Source: Hymenobacter sp.
Lineage (GTDB): Bacteria; Bacteroidota; Bacteroidia; Cytophagales; Hymenobacteraceae
Assembly: GCA_043780755.1 (NCBI GenBank)
Contig: JAYWCH010000252.1
Coordinates: 178 to 64,177 of the forward strand
Direction of reading: 5' to 3'
DNA: 64,000 nt
Shown: positions 46,158 through 55,937 of the stretch, piece after piece
How positions within the stretch are numbered: the first letter of the stretch is position 1
Layout of the letters: every line of letters starts with the position of its first letter
Translations under genes and position numbers: made by a program
The notes under the pieces: generated by a model
What the model was told of the DNA's origin: nothing
Seen by the model: only the letters and a program-made list of their open reading frames with translations
Database searches by the model: none

Positions 46158-47096
46158 GTGCGGAATTTATTTCAGTTCTTATTTCGCTTTCGCGGGGCGC
46201 TGGTATTTGGGTTGTTGGAAATAATCAGCTTGTATTTATTTATCACCAATAATTCGTACCAGCGGGCGGCGGTGTTCAATTCGGCCAACGCGTACGCCGG
46301 GCTCGTGCTGGCCCGCCGCACGCAAGTGGCCGATTATTTCAAGCTGGCCGAAATAAATCAGCAGCTGGCCGTCGAAAACGCCGCCTTGCGCCAGCAGCTC
46401 TACCCGGCCGATTCGACCCGCCGCGAGGCTGATTCGGTGGCCCTGCCCCCGGCCCGGACCGATTCGCTGCGGCAGATTCGCTACCAGCGGCGGGGCGCCC
46501 GGCCCGATACGCTGCTGCTCGGTCAGCAGCGTTTACCAGCCCGCGATCCGAGTTATCCACTTATTCCGGCCCGAGTTATCAACAATATGCTCCGAAATGT
46601 GGATAACTATCTTACCCTGAACGTCGGCCGCGCCAATGGCGTGCGCGCCGGGCTGGGCGTGGTGGCAGCCGGGGGCGTGGTGGGCCGGGTGAAAGTCGTG
46701 ACCGAACACTACGCCACGGTGACCAGTCTGCTGCATTCCAAAACCAGTATTGCCTCCAAGATTAAGCGGGACGGCACGTTTGGGACCATCCGTTGGCTGG
46801 GCGATGATCCGACCCACGCGCTGCTCGACAACGTGCTGCGCGAAACGCGGCTGGTTCGCGGTGATACCGTCGTGACCTCGGGCTACAACGCCGTTTTTCC
46901 GGAGGGCGTTTTCATCGGTACGATTGACTCGTTCGTGAAGGAGCCCGACAAGAATTTTTGGACGGTGAAGGTGCGCCTGGGTGTCAATTTCACCAATCTC
47001 TCCTACGTCTATATCGTCACGAGCCGGCCCAAAGCCGAGCGCGACACGGTGGAAGCGCGCTCGGGCGTGAAGCTGGAAGGAGGCCGCCGACCATGA
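46158..47096 (+). CDS. mreC: Rod shape-determining protein MreC
   Basis: 312 aa. N-terminal TM plus coiled-coil (INQQLAVENAALRQQL). Beta-rich C-terminal domain. Position after mreB. GTG start. Confidence 0.8.
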   Translation: MRNLFQFLFRFRGALVFGLLEIISLYLFITNNSYQRAAVFNSANAYAGLVLARRTQVADYFKLAEINQQLAVENAALRQQLYPADSTRREADSVALPPARTDSLRQIRYQRRGARPDTLLLGQQRLPARDPSYPLIPARVINNMLRNVDNYLTLNVGRANGVRAGLGVVAAGGVVGRVKVVTEHYATVTSLLHSKTSIASKIKRDGTFGTIRWLGDDPTHALLDNVLRETRLVRGDTVVTSGYNAVFPEGVFIGTIDSFVKEPDKNFWTVKVRLGVNFTNLSYVYIVTSRPKAERDTVEARSGVKLEGGRRP

Positions 47097-47620
47097 GCGG
47101 CCTGCGCTTTTTCGTGGCTCAACTGCTGCGCTTCGCGCTCTACGCGGGCGTTTACGTGCTGCTGATCAGTCGCCTGGTGCTGTTTGACTTGGGTTGGTGC
47201 TTTTTTTACCTGGGCTTTTTACTGTTTCTACCCCTGAATACGTCCATCGTAACGCAGCTGCTGCTCTCCTTCGGGATGGGGCTCACGATTGATATCTTCT
47301 TTGATACGGGCGGGCTGCACGCGGCGGCGGCGGTTATGCTGGGCTTTTTGCGGCCCTGGGTGCTGCGCCTGCTTACCCCGCGCGACGGCTACGATAGTGG
47401 CGATACGGTGAACGTGCATCAGATGGGCTGGCAGTGGTTCAGCGTGTACCTGCTGTTGCTGGTGCTGCTGCACCACGTGGTATTTTTCGTGCTGGAGCTG
47501 GGGAGTTTTCGTCACTTCGGCCTCACGCTGGCCAAGTTGCTGGTGAGCGCACTCTTTACCAGCCTGGCGTTGTTGATTGTGCAACTCTTGTTTTTCCCGG
47601 TGCGGCGGGGACGGCAGTAG
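47093..47620 (+). CDS. mreD: Rod shape-determining protein MreD
   Basis: Trimmed to MSGLRFF (ATG 47093, ATGA overlap with the mreC stop). 175 aa polytopic membrane protein. Confidence 0.7.
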   Translation: MSGLRFFVAQLLRFALYAGVYVLLISRLVLFDLGWCFFYLGFLLFLPLNTSIVTQLLLSFGMGLTIDIFFDTGGLHAAAAVMLGFLRPWVLRLLTPRDGYDSGDTVNVHQMGWQWFSVYLLLLVLLHHVVFFVLELGSFRHFGLTLAKLLVSALFTSLALLIVQLLFFPVRRGRQ

Positions 47621-47641
47621 CCCGTCGTAAATTTATATTCT

Positions 47642-49483
47642 ATGCAATACCTGGAAGGCCGCAAATATGTCGTGAAAGGCATCTTTTTGGTGGTGTGCCT
47701 GATCTTTCTAACCCGGCTGTTTTTCATGCAGGTGCTCGACGGCACCTACAAGCTCGCGGCCGACCGCAACACCCTGCAACGCCTCGTGCAGATTCCCTAT
47801 CGCGGCCTGATCTACGACCGTAAAAACGAGCTGCTGGTCCAGAATACGCCCGTGTACGACCTGATGGTGGTGCCCCGCGAGGTGAAGCAGCTGGATTCGG
47901 CGCGGTTTTGCGAGCTGCTGCAGATTCCGATTGAGGACCTGCGCAATGGCCTGCGGGCGGCCCGCAAATACTCCCGCACCAAAGCCTCGCCGCTGGTCCA
48001 GAACCTGACGACGCCGGACCTGGCCGCGATTCAGGATAAGTTGATGGATTTTCCCGGCTTCCGGCCGCAGGCGCGTATGGCGCGGGCCTACCGGACGCCC
48101 AATCTGGCCCACGCCCTGGGCTACGTGGGCGCCATCACGCCCGCTTTCCTCGAAAAACCACAATACGTGAAGTACCACGCCGGGGAGAATATCGGAATCT
48201 CGGGCCTGGAGGGCTATTACGAGCAAACCCTGATGGGCCGGCGCGGCGTGCAGTACAAGATGGTGAATGTGCGCGGTATCGAAAAAGGGAAGTTTCGGGG
48301 CGGGGAATTCGATACGCTCTCGGTGGCCGGGCAGGATTTACACCTGAGCATCGACGCCGAGCTGCAGGCCTACGGCGAGAAGCTGATGGCCGGCCGGCGC
48401 GGCTCGATCGTGGCGATCGATCCCAAGACAGGAGAAATCCTGGCCTTCGTCTCCGCGCCGCACTACGATCCCAAGCTGCTCGCAGGCAAGGGTTCGGGCA
48501 ACCGCTACATGGCCCTGCTCAACAACCCCGAACGTCCGCTTTTCAACCGCCCGCTGATGGCGACGTACCCGCCGGGCTCGGTTTTTAAGCTGGTGAACGA
48601 ATTAGTGGCTATGCAGTTAGGAGTCGTTACGCCCCAGACGGGTTTTGAGTGCAATCAAAAACTGGTGCGCTGCACTCACCGTCACGAATACCCGGGCAAT
48701 CTGAGCATTGCCATCAAAAATAGCTGCAACCCATACTTCTACCAGGTCATGCGGGCGGCGGTGGTGCGCGGACAGTCGCCCAACAAGTTCGAGGATGCCC
48801 GGCTGGGCCTCGGGCAGTGGCAGAAAATGGTGAAATCCTTCGGCCTGGGCGAAAAGCTGGGCGTGGACATGGCGCACGAAAAGCGCGGCCTCATCCCCTC
48901 GCCCGAGTTTTACGACAAGCTGCGCGGCTACCACCACTGGAACTTTAAGACGGTGTATTCACTCAGCATCGGGCAGGGGGAAATCGGGATCACCGGCCTG
49001 CAAATGGCGAATGTCCTGGCCACGATTGCCAACCACGGCTGGTACTACACGCCACATTTTGTGCGCGGGATTGGCAGCGCCGGGCCGCTGCCGCAGTACC
49101 GGGAGAAGCATTACACGGCCATCGATACGGCGCTGTTTAAGTCTCTCATTCCCGGCATGGTGCAGGTGGTGGACGGCAACGGTGGGACGGGAAATCTGGC
49201 CTCGCTGGCGCAGTACGGCATTTCGGTGGCGGGCAAAACTGGGACCGTGCAGAATCCGCACGGCTACGACCACGCCACATTTGCGGCCTTTGCGCCGGCC
49301 AACAATCCTAAAATTGCTATTGCCGTCTTTATTGAGAACAGCGGTTTTGGCGGGACCAGCGCCGCCCCGGCGGCCGGCCTCATGATTGAGCAATACCTGC
49401 GCGGTAAAGTAGCGCCCCACCGCAAGCGCTGGGAAGACTGGGTGATGTACGGCGACTTCACCAAGCACCTGCATTCAATGTAG
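47642..49483 (+). CDS. mrdA: Penicillin-binding protein 2 (elongasome transpeptidase)
   Basis: 613 aa. SVFK (SxxK), SCN (SxN) and KTGT motifs. N-terminal TM. Confidence 0.9.
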   Translation: MQYLEGRKYVVKGIFLVVCLIFLTRLFFMQVLDGTYKLAADRNTLQRLVQIPYRGLIYDRKNELLVQNTPVYDLMVVPREVKQLDSARFCELLQIPIEDLRNGLRAARKYSRTKASPLVQNLTTPDLAAIQDKLMDFPGFRPQARMARAYRTPNLAHALGYVGAITPAFLEKPQYVKYHAGENIGISGLEGYYEQTLMGRRGVQYKMVNVRGIEKGKFRGGEFDTLSVAGQDLHLSIDAELQAYGEKLMAGRRGSIVAIDPKTGEILAFVSAPHYDPKLLAGKGSGNRYMALLNNPERPLFNRPLMATYPPGSVFKLVNELVAMQLGVVTPQTGFECNQKLVRCTHRHEYPGNLSIAIKNSCNPYFYQVMRAAVVRGQSPNKFEDARLGLGQWQKMVKSFGLGEKLGVDMAHEKRGLIPSPEFYDKLRGYHHWNFKTVYSLSIGQGEIGITGLQMANVLATIANHGWYYTPHFVRGIGSAGPLPQYREKHYTAIDTALFKSLIPGMVQVVDGNGGTGNLASLAQYGISVAGKTGTVQNPHGYDHATFAAFAPANNPKIAIAVFIENSGFGGTSAAPAAGLMIEQYLRGKVAPHRKRWEDWVMYGDFTKHLHSM

Positions 49484-49572
49484 GGCCGCTCGGGTATTTG
49501 CCGCCGCGCTCCTAACCTTTGGGCGCCGGCGGGGTTACTAGGGCTTATTATTTTTCATCTGAACTCAACCGT

Positions 49573-50289
49573 ATGGAATCCTTAACCGGTAAAATTGCCC
49601 TCGTGACGGGCGCAGGCAAGGGCATTGGCCGGGCCGTCGCTCTAGCGCTCGCCCACGAAGGGGTACACGTGGGCTTACTAGCCCGCACCGCCAGCGACTT
49701 GCAGGAACTAGCCGCCGAAATCGCGAAACTGGGCGTGAAAACTTCCTCCGTGGTGGCCGATGTGGCCGACCGCGCCGCCGTGGAAGCGGCCGTTGCGCAG
49801 GTGCAGCAGGAGCTCGGCCCGATTGATATTCTGCTTAACAACGCCGGAATCGGCACTTTCGGCAAGTTCCTGGAAATGGAGCCGGCCCAGTGGGAGCACA
49901 TCATTCAGGTGAATCTGATGGGGACCTACTACGTCACCCGCGCCGTGCTGCCGGGCATGATTGAGCGCCAGACCGGCGACATTATCAATATCTCGTCCAC
50001 GGCCGGGCAGCGCGGGGCCGCCGTCACGAGTGCCTACAGCGCGTCGAAATTCGCCGTGCTCGGCCTCACCGAGTCGCTGATGCAGGAAGTGCGCAAGCAC
50101 AATATCCGGGTGTCGGCGCTCACGCCCAGCACCGTGGCCACGCCATTAGCGCTGGCTAACAACCTCACCGACGGCAACCCCGACAAGGTGATGCAGCCGG
50201 AAGATCTGGCCGAGTTTATCATTGCGCAGCTGAAACTGAACCGCCGCATCTTCATCAAAGAAGCGGGCATGTGGTCGACCAATCCGTAA
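49573..50289 (+). CDS. Short-chain dehydrogenase/reductase (FabG-like)
   Basis: Trimmed to [21 protein letters not shown] (TGxxxGxG). NNAG and YSASK catalytic motifs. Confidence 0.85.
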   Translation: MESLTGKIALVTGAGKGIGRAVALALAHEGVHVGLLARTASDLQELAAEIAKLGVKTSSVVADVADRAAVEAAVAQVQQELGPIDILLNNAGIGTFGKFLEMEPAQWEHIIQVNLMGTYYVTRAVLPGMIERQTGDIINISSTAGQRGAAVTSAYSASKFAVLGLTESLMQEVRKHNIRVSALTPSTVATPLALANNLTDGNPDKVMQPEDLAEFIIAQLKLNRRIFIKEAGMWSTNP

Positions 50290-50303
50290 TCGTACGGTTG
50301 GTT

Positions 50304-50357
50304 ATTATAACGAAACAGTCCCCGTAGCATCAGCTGCGGGGACTGTTTCGTTATAAT
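50304..50357. terminator. Bidirectional terminator with a 21-bp perfect stem
   Basis: ATTATAACGAAACAGTCCCCG-12 nt loop-CGGGGACTGTTTCGTTATAAT, between convergent SDR and nuoN. Confidence 0.75.
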
Positions 50358-50374
50358 CATTTTCAGAACCAGCC

Positions 50375-51775
50375 TTATAGAATCCCGCTCAGGAAGCCCG
50401 GCACAATACCCAGTAAAATGGTCAGCACCACCAGCACCACGAGCGTGGCGGTTTGAATACCGTCTACCGGGACGGGCGTGGCGTCGGCCGGGGCGGGCTG
50501 CATGTACATGGCGATAATGGGCCGCAGGTAATAATAAAGGCCCACCATGCTCATTACAACGGCGAAAATAACGAGGCCGATATAGCCTTGGCCGGCGGCG
50601 GCGGTGAGCAGGAAAAACTTGCCGAAGAAGCCACCCGTGAGCGGAATGCCAGCCAGCGAGAGCATGGCGACGGTCATGGTGAAAGCCAGCAGGGGATTGG
50701 TCTTGCCCAGTCCGTTGAGGCCGGCGTAGTCGTCGCGCTGGCGGTGCTCAGCCACCAGTTTCAGCACCCCGAAGGCGGCAATGGTGGCGATGGAATAGGC
50801 GAGGGAGTAGAAGAAAATGCCGTTGGCGGCCGGGCCGGTTAGGCGGCCCTGGCTGGCGACGAGCCCGATGAGCAGGTAGCCGGCGTGACTTACGCTGGAG
50901 TAGGCCAGCATGCGCTTGGTGTTGGTCTGGGCCGCCGCGCCCACGTTACCGAGCAGCAGGGTCAGGGCGCACATGGCCTGAATGGTGGGCAGCCAGAATC
51001 CCTGAGCGGCCGGCAGCGCCACGGCCAGCAGCTTGAGGAAAGCGGCGAAACCGGCTGTTTTCACCACCGTGCTCATGTAGGCGGTGAAGAAAGTAGGCGT
51101 GCCTTCGTACACGTCGGGGGTCCAGAAGTGGAAGGGAGCAGCCGAAACTTTGAAGCCGATGCCGATGATCATCAGCAGAATGCCGATGTAGAGCATGGGC
51201 TGCAGGCTGGCATTGGCGGGATTAGCCACGGCCGTGGCCAGCTGCGAGAGGGCGAAGGTGCCGGTGGCGCCGTAGAGCAACGCAATGCCGAAGAGCAGAA
51301 TGCCGGTGGCAAAGGCGCCCATGAGGAAGTATTTCAGCGCCGCTTCATTGGAGCGGGCGTCGCGCTTGCTGGAACCGGCCAGCACGTACATGCAGATACT
51401 CAGGATTTCGATGCCCACGAAGAGCATCAGCAGGTGGTCGTAGCCGACCATCATGATGGCGCCCACCAGGGAAAAAAGCAGCAGGGCGTAGTACTCGGCC
51501 AGGTTGGTTTCGCCCGCTACCACGTAGCTCCGCGAGAAGGGCAGCAGCACAATGGTGGTGAGCAGCACAATGCCGGTAAAGGCTACCGTATAGTTATCCA
51601 CCACCAGCATGTGGTTGAAGTACGGCGCGTGCACCACGTTCCAGTCGGCCAGATTGGCGCCGAACACGGCGAGCAGCAGCAGCATGGCCCCGGGCAGCAG
51701 CACCTTATTCGAGCGCAAAAAGCCCATGAATAAGTTGATGATGCCGAAGACGGAAAGGAGTATGATGGAGGTCAT
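50375..51775 (-). CDS. nuoN: NADH-quinone oxidoreductase subunit N
   Basis: 466 aa, ~14 TM antiporter-like subunit. KVSAAPFHFWTPDVYEG and MLAYSSVSHAGY motifs. Confidence 0.9.
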   Translation of the reverse strand: MTSIILLSVFGIINLFMGFLRSNKVLLPGAMLLLLAVFGANLADWNVVHAPYFNHMLVVDNYTVAFTGIVLLTTIVLLPFSRSYVVAGETNLAEYYALLLFSLVGAIMMVGYDHLLMLFVGIEILSICMYVLAGSSKRDARSNEAALKYFLMGAFATGILLFGIALLYGATGTFALSQLATAVANPANASLQPMLYIGILLMIIGIGFKVSAAPFHFWTPDVYEGTPTFFTAYMSTVVKTAGFAAFLKLLAVALPAAQGFWLPTIQAMCALTLLLGNVGAAAQTNTKRMLAYSSVSHAGYLLIGLVASQGRLTGPAANGIFFYSLAYSIATIAAFGVLKLVAEHRQRDDYAGLNGLGKTNPLLAFTMTVAMLSLAGIPLTGGFFGKFFLLTAAAGQGYIGLVIFAVVMSMVGLYYYLRPIIAMYMQPAPADATPVPVDGIQTATLVVLVVLTILLGIVPGFLSGIL

Positions 51776-51811
51776 GGGCTTACTTAAGGCAGAAGAACAA
51801 TCGAAAATCGA

Positions 51812-51926
51812 CTGTCATCCTGAGCTTGCGAAGGACCTGATCAGGTTCGCTTCGGTTGGTTACTACTCAAATTCGCGCTGGCGTGATTGGGTCCTTCACT
51901 CCGCTTCGCGGCATTCAGGATGACAG
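51812..51926. repeat. Palindromic REP/MITE-like element in the nuoM-nuoN spacer
   Basis: Perfect 12-nt terminal inverted repeats, CTGTCATCCTGA (51812-51823) and TCAGGATGACAG (51915-51926). The inner GCGAAG and GGACC blocks are also inverted. The core GTCATSC...GCGAAG is shared with the element at 34646-34757. Confidence 0.65.
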
Positions 51927-51953
51927 CACTTACGCCCTCATCCAGCAAAAAAA

Positions 51954-53420
51954 CTACCGCCCGACCAGCGCCAGGATATTACTGACAGCCGGCTCCGAAA
52001 GGTGCAGAAAGGCGCCCGGGAACAGCCCCAGCCAGAAGACCAGCAGCATCAGCGGCCCCAGCACCAGCAGCTCGGCCCCGGTCAGGTCGGTGATGGTGGC
52101 GGAAAACGTGGTATCCGGTCCCAGCATAACGCGCTGGAACATGCGCAGCAGGTACACGGCCGAGAAAATAATGGTGAGGCCGGCAATGGCCCCCAGCCAG
52201 GCATTGTACTGATAAACCCCGGCCAGCAGCAGGAATTCGCCCACGAAGCCGCCCGTGAGGGGCAGGGCCACGGTACTCAGCAGCATGACCAGAAAGCAGA
52301 TGGAGAGAAAGGGCGTGCGCCGGGTGAGGCCGCCCAGGTCGGGGATGTACCGGGTGCCGGTGCGGCGCTCGATGGCATCGGCCACGAAGAACATGCCCAC
52401 CACGTTCACGCCGTGGGCCAGCATCTGCACCACGGCGCCTTGCAGGCCGATTTGGGTGAGGGAGAAGACGCCGGCGGCCATCAGCCCGACGTGGGAGAGG
52501 GAGGAATAGGCGATGAGCCGCTTCATATCGCGCTGCCGGATGGCGATAATGGCCCCGTAAATTACCCCGATCACGGCCAGAATCATCACCGTTTTGCCCC
52601 ACTGGCTCACGCCCAGCGGCAGCACGGGCAGCAGCCAGCGCAGGGTGCCGTAAATGCCCATTTTCAGCATAATGCCCGAGAGCAGCATGGTGGCGGGGGC
52701 GGGCGATTCGGTGTAGGTATCGGGCTGCCAGGTGTGGAAGGGGAAGATGGGCATCTTTACGGCGAAGGCCGCGAAAACCAACCAGAACAGCCAGGACTGC
52801 TCGGCCGCGCTCAGCCGCAGGTTGTAGAACGCCGAGAGCTCCGAGGAGTGGGCGGCCAGGCTGCCGGCGGCGGGGCCGGTTTGCAGGTAGAGGTACACGA
52901 AGCCGGCCAGCATCAGCAGGGAGCCGACGACGGTGTAGAGGAAAAATTTGAGCGTGACGGCCACGCGCCGCTCGCCGCCCCAGGCGCCGGCCAGGAAGTA
53001 AATCGGAATCAGCGCCACTTCCCAGAAGAAGTAAAACAGGAAGGCGTCGAGCGCCATAAAGACGCCCAGCAGGCCCGTTTGCATAAACAGGATAAGGGCG
53101 TAGAATGCCGCCGGGTGGTCGTAATCGTGACGGAAAGCGGCCAGCAGAATCAGCGGCACCAGAAATGTGGTGAGCAGCACCAGCAATAGACTCAGCCCGT
53201 CGAGGCCGATGTGGAAGGTGAGGCCGGCGGAGGGGATCCAGGCGTAATCGAGGTTGAAGCCGGCCGAGCCCTGGAATTTGAAGGCAAAGGCGACGTAAAT
53301 CGCCAGTCCAAATTCGAGGAGGGAAGCCCCCAGGGCCAGGTTGCGGGTGGTGGCTCCCTTGGTAAAATGCAGCAGCAGCGCGGCGGCAAGGGGGAGGAAA
53401 AGCAGGACGGCAGTCAGCAT
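51954..53420 (-). CDS. nuoM: NADH-quinone oxidoreductase subunit M
   Basis: Trimmed to MLTAVLLFLPL (ATG 53420). 488 aa. FFYFFWEVALIPIYFL, KMPIFPFHTWQPDTY and LIAYSSLSHVG motifs. Confidence 0.9.
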   Translation of the reverse strand: MLTAVLLFLPLAAALLLHFTKGATTRNLALGASLLEFGLAIYVAFAFKFQGSAGFNLDYAWIPSAGLTFHIGLDGLSLLLVLLTTFLVPLILLAAFRHDYDHPAAFYALILFMQTGLLGVFMALDAFLFYFFWEVALIPIYFLAGAWGGERRVAVTLKFFLYTVVGSLLMLAGFVYLYLQTGPAAGSLAAHSSELSAFYNLRLSAAEQSWLFWLVFAAFAVKMPIFPFHTWQPDTYTESPAPATMLLSGIMLKMGIYGTLRWLLPVLPLGVSQWGKTVMILAVIGVIYGAIIAIRQRDMKRLIAYSSLSHVGLMAAGVFSLTQIGLQGAVVQMLAHGVNVVGMFFVADAIERRTGTRYIPDLGGLTRRTPFLSICFLVMLLSTVALPLTGGFVGEFLLLAGVYQYNAWLGAIAGLTIIFSAVYLLRMFQRVMLGPDTTFSATITDLTGAELLVLGPLMLLVFWLGLFPGAFLHLSEPAVSNILALVGR

Positions 53421-53476
53421 GAACGAGCGGGTTGGGCGCGTTGCGGCGTGATTAGGATACGTCCGCAAATTGGCTG

Positions 53477-53484
53477 CAAACTTA
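53477..53484 (-). promoter_or_regulatory. -7 box TAAGTTTG upstream of nuoM
   Basis: Exact TAnnTTTG on the minus strand, 57 nt upstream of ATG 53420. Confidence 0.3.
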
Positions 53485-53620
53485 CGCATTGTCGGGTAAG
53501 GCACCGCGCATTATTGCGGGGGAGTTGCGAAACCCACTATTCGGCCCGCCACTGGGCGGATGCGCCCGGGTAGCGGCGCTATATTTAGGCGCATTTCATT
53601 TTTCTACGAGTATCGAATCC

Positions 53621-54541
53621 ATGGCGGCCCCGGAGTTTTGGCAGCTGGCGCGGCCGGCCGGGGAGCTGCCCATTGTTGCGCGTCTCGCGCCCACGCCCAG
53701 CGGCCACCTGCACCTGGGCAACGCTGTAAACTTCGTGCTCACCTGGCTGCTCACGCGGCGGGCCGGGGGCACATTACACCTGCGCATCGACGACCTGGAC
53801 CGCGCCCGCCTGCGCCCGGCTTATCTGGATAATATTTTTCGGGTTATCGACTGGCTGGGAATTGATTACGACCACGGCCCCGCCGGCCCGGACGATTTCC
53901 TGCGTCACCATTCGCAGCTGTTGCACCTGCCCGCCTACAACGCCGTGCTGCGCCGCCTGTCGCAACGCCCGGGCCTGGTGCAGGCCTGCACCCGCTCGCG
54001 TACGGGTATGGGCGAAAGCGCCGTGACCCTCGAAACGCCGGGAGCCGCGTGGCGGGCGCTCGTGCCGGCCGGTGCAGTCATTCCGCTCGCGGATGCCTGG
54101 CAGGGCGAAACCCGGATTCCCCTGGCCGCGCTGATGCCCGATTTCGTCATTCGCAAAAAAGACGGGGTAGCCGCCTACCAGATCGCATCAGTAGTGGATG
54201 ACTTACGCCTGGGCACTAACCTCATCGTGCGGGGCCTGGACTTGCAGCCCAGCACCGCTGCGCAGCTCTGGCTGGCCGGTCAGCTCTCCGAAACGGCCGC
54301 GTTCAACGCGCCGCGCATTCACTTCCTGCACCACTCGCTGCTAACGGACGCGGCCGGCCAAAAACTCTCAAAATCACAGCAGCAACCACTCGACACCGGC
54401 GTATTAGCCCAGTCAAACGTGCCGCAAGTCGTATTCCAAACCGTAGCAAAGTTGCTGAAGCTACCTGCCACTGCATCCGAAACCCTAACCACCCTCCAAC
54501 AGTCCCTCCGCTCCCAAAAACTCCCCTTTCACTCCTTCTAA
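53621..54541 (+). CDS. gluQ: Glutamyl-Q tRNA(Asp) synthetase-like truncated GluRS paralog
   Basis: Trimmed to MAAPEFW (ATG 53621). RLAPTPSGHLHLGNAVNF (HIGH-like), IDDLD and KLSKS motifs. 306 aa with no anticodon-binding domain. Confidence 0.7.
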   Translation: MAAPEFWQLARPAGELPIVARLAPTPSGHLHLGNAVNFVLTWLLTRRAGGTLHLRIDDLDRARLRPAYLDNIFRVIDWLGIDYDHGPAGPDDFLRHHSQLLHLPAYNAVLRRLSQRPGLVQACTRSRTGMGESAVTLETPGAAWRALVPAGAVIPLADAWQGETRIPLAALMPDFVIRKKDGVAAYQIASVVDDLRLGTNLIVRGLDLQPSTAAQLWLAGQLSETAAFNAPRIHFLHHSLLTDAAGQKLSKSQQQPLDTGVLAQSNVPQVVFQTVAKLLKLPATASETLTTLQQSLRSQKLPFHSF

Positions 54542-54566
54542 ACTCCGTGCGAAACCCTGAACGCTC

Positions 54567-55256
54567 CTACTTTACCTCCCGCTTAAACTCCTCCGCCCAA
54601 TAATCAGCCAACCGGGTAGGCTCCGGCAGCTTATACCCCCGCAAACAAGCCAGCGTAAGCCGCGTAGCCGTCGCCTGATCGCAGCGGTGCCCGGGGCTCA
54701 CAAACAGTGGCAGCACCTTGTTTTTACTGCGGATAACCTCGCCAATCACCTCCCCGGTCTTCGGATCAGTAAGGGGAGAAAGCTGACCCCGCTCGGGGCC
54801 GGGCTCGGTGAACTGGCCGGTTAGCTTCTGCTTAGCCACGCCGAAAGTGGGCATATCGAGCAGCACGCCGAGGTGCGCGGCAATGCCCATGCGGCGCGGG
54901 TGCGCAATACCATGTCCATCAACCATAATAATATCCGGTTTGCTGACCAGCCCGGCGAAAGCCCGGATAACGTTGGGCGCCTCGCGAAACGACAGGAAAC
55001 CAGGCACGTAAGGCATTTCCACCGGCCCGTAATGATAGACTTTCTCCACCAGCTCCAGGGAAGGAAACCGAAGCACTACGAAGACCGAAAGAATGGTATC
55101 GGGCGTGGGAAAAGAAGAATCGCAGCCGGCAATGAGCTGCGGCTCGGCGGCCAGCGGCCCGGTGCGGACTCGCAGGCGCATTTCCTGCTGCTGCCGGGTG
55201 AGGCTTTGCACGAGCTGCGGATCGGGGGCCGGGCCGGAGGGGCGGTAGTAAGGCAT
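54567..55256 (-). CDS. nfi: Endonuclease V (deoxyinosine 3' endonuclease)
   Basis: 229 aa. MVDGHGIAHPRRMGIAAHLGV parallels E. coli Nfi [20 protein letters not shown]. The upstream PYVPGFLSFRE motif is also present. Confidence 0.9.
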   Translation of the reverse strand: MPYYRPSGPAPDPQLVQSLTRQQQEMRLRVRTGPLAAEPQLIAGCDSSFPTPDTILSVFVVLRFPSLELVEKVYHYGPVEMPYVPGFLSFREAPNVIRAFAGLVSKPDIIMVDGHGIAHPRRMGIAAHLGVLLDMPTFGVAKQKLTGQFTEPGPERGQLSPLTDPKTGEVIGEVIRSKNKVLPLFVSPGHRCDQATATRLTLACLRGYKLPEPTRLADYWAEEFKREVK

Positions 55257-55346
55257 TGGGGAGGGTGAAAAGGGAATAATTGCCCGGGCGCAGCATCCTG
55301 CACCGCCGCCGGGCGTACTAGGGCGAGTACGATTCTTTGCCTTCTA

Positions 55347-55937
55347 ATGTCTGACTCCTTTTCCCCTGATTCTTCCGAGCAGCCCGCCGCCACCGGCTCC
55401 GGGCCGTGGCTGGAACGCCGCTACTACCTCGACGTGGCCCGGCCGCGCCTGCCGCCGCGCCAGCTCATGGCCGAGGTCATGGCCGACGTAGCCCGTTTCG
55501 CCCCCGGCCTGCTGGCCGATTTCAGCAAGCAAAACGGTCCGGCCGAGGGGTTGCGCCCGGGCGAAGAATTCCACATCACCATCCTCGGCCCCTGGAATGG
55601 CAGCGTGCGCGTGACCGAAGTCGGCCCCACGCACTTTGAATTTATCACCCTCGAAGGTCACCCCGAGGCCGGCCGGATTCATTTTGAAGCGCACTTTCGG
55701 GATGAGATGCCCGACGTGCTGCGGTTTGAGATCCGATCCCGGGCGCGTTCGCGCGATGGCCTGGTGGCTTTTGCTTATAATACCATTGGCGTGGGCCGGC
55801 GCGTGCAGGAAGCAACCTGGGTGGAATTCTGCCGCCGCGTGGCCGTCGCCAGCGGCGGGCAGGCCCGGGGCGATGTTACCGTAGAAACTATTACGCACGC
55901 CGAAACCGGCCCCAACAACCATGAGCGCCATTCCTAA
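55347..55937 (+). CDS. DUF1990-like protein (paralog 1)
   Basis: 196 aa. ITLEGHPEAGRIHFEAHF resembles the TL.GHPE.GEE.F signature I recall for DUF1990/UPF0548. Confidence 0.5.
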   Translation: MSDSFSPDSSEQPAATGSGPWLERRYYLDVARPRLPPRQLMAEVMADVARFAPGLLADFSKQNGPAEGLRPGEEFHITILGPWNGSVRVTEVGPTHFEFITLEGHPEAGRIHFEAHFRDEMPDVLRFEIRSRARSRDGLVAFAYNTIGVGRRVQEATWVEFCRRVAVASGGQARGDVTVETITHAETGPNNHERHS

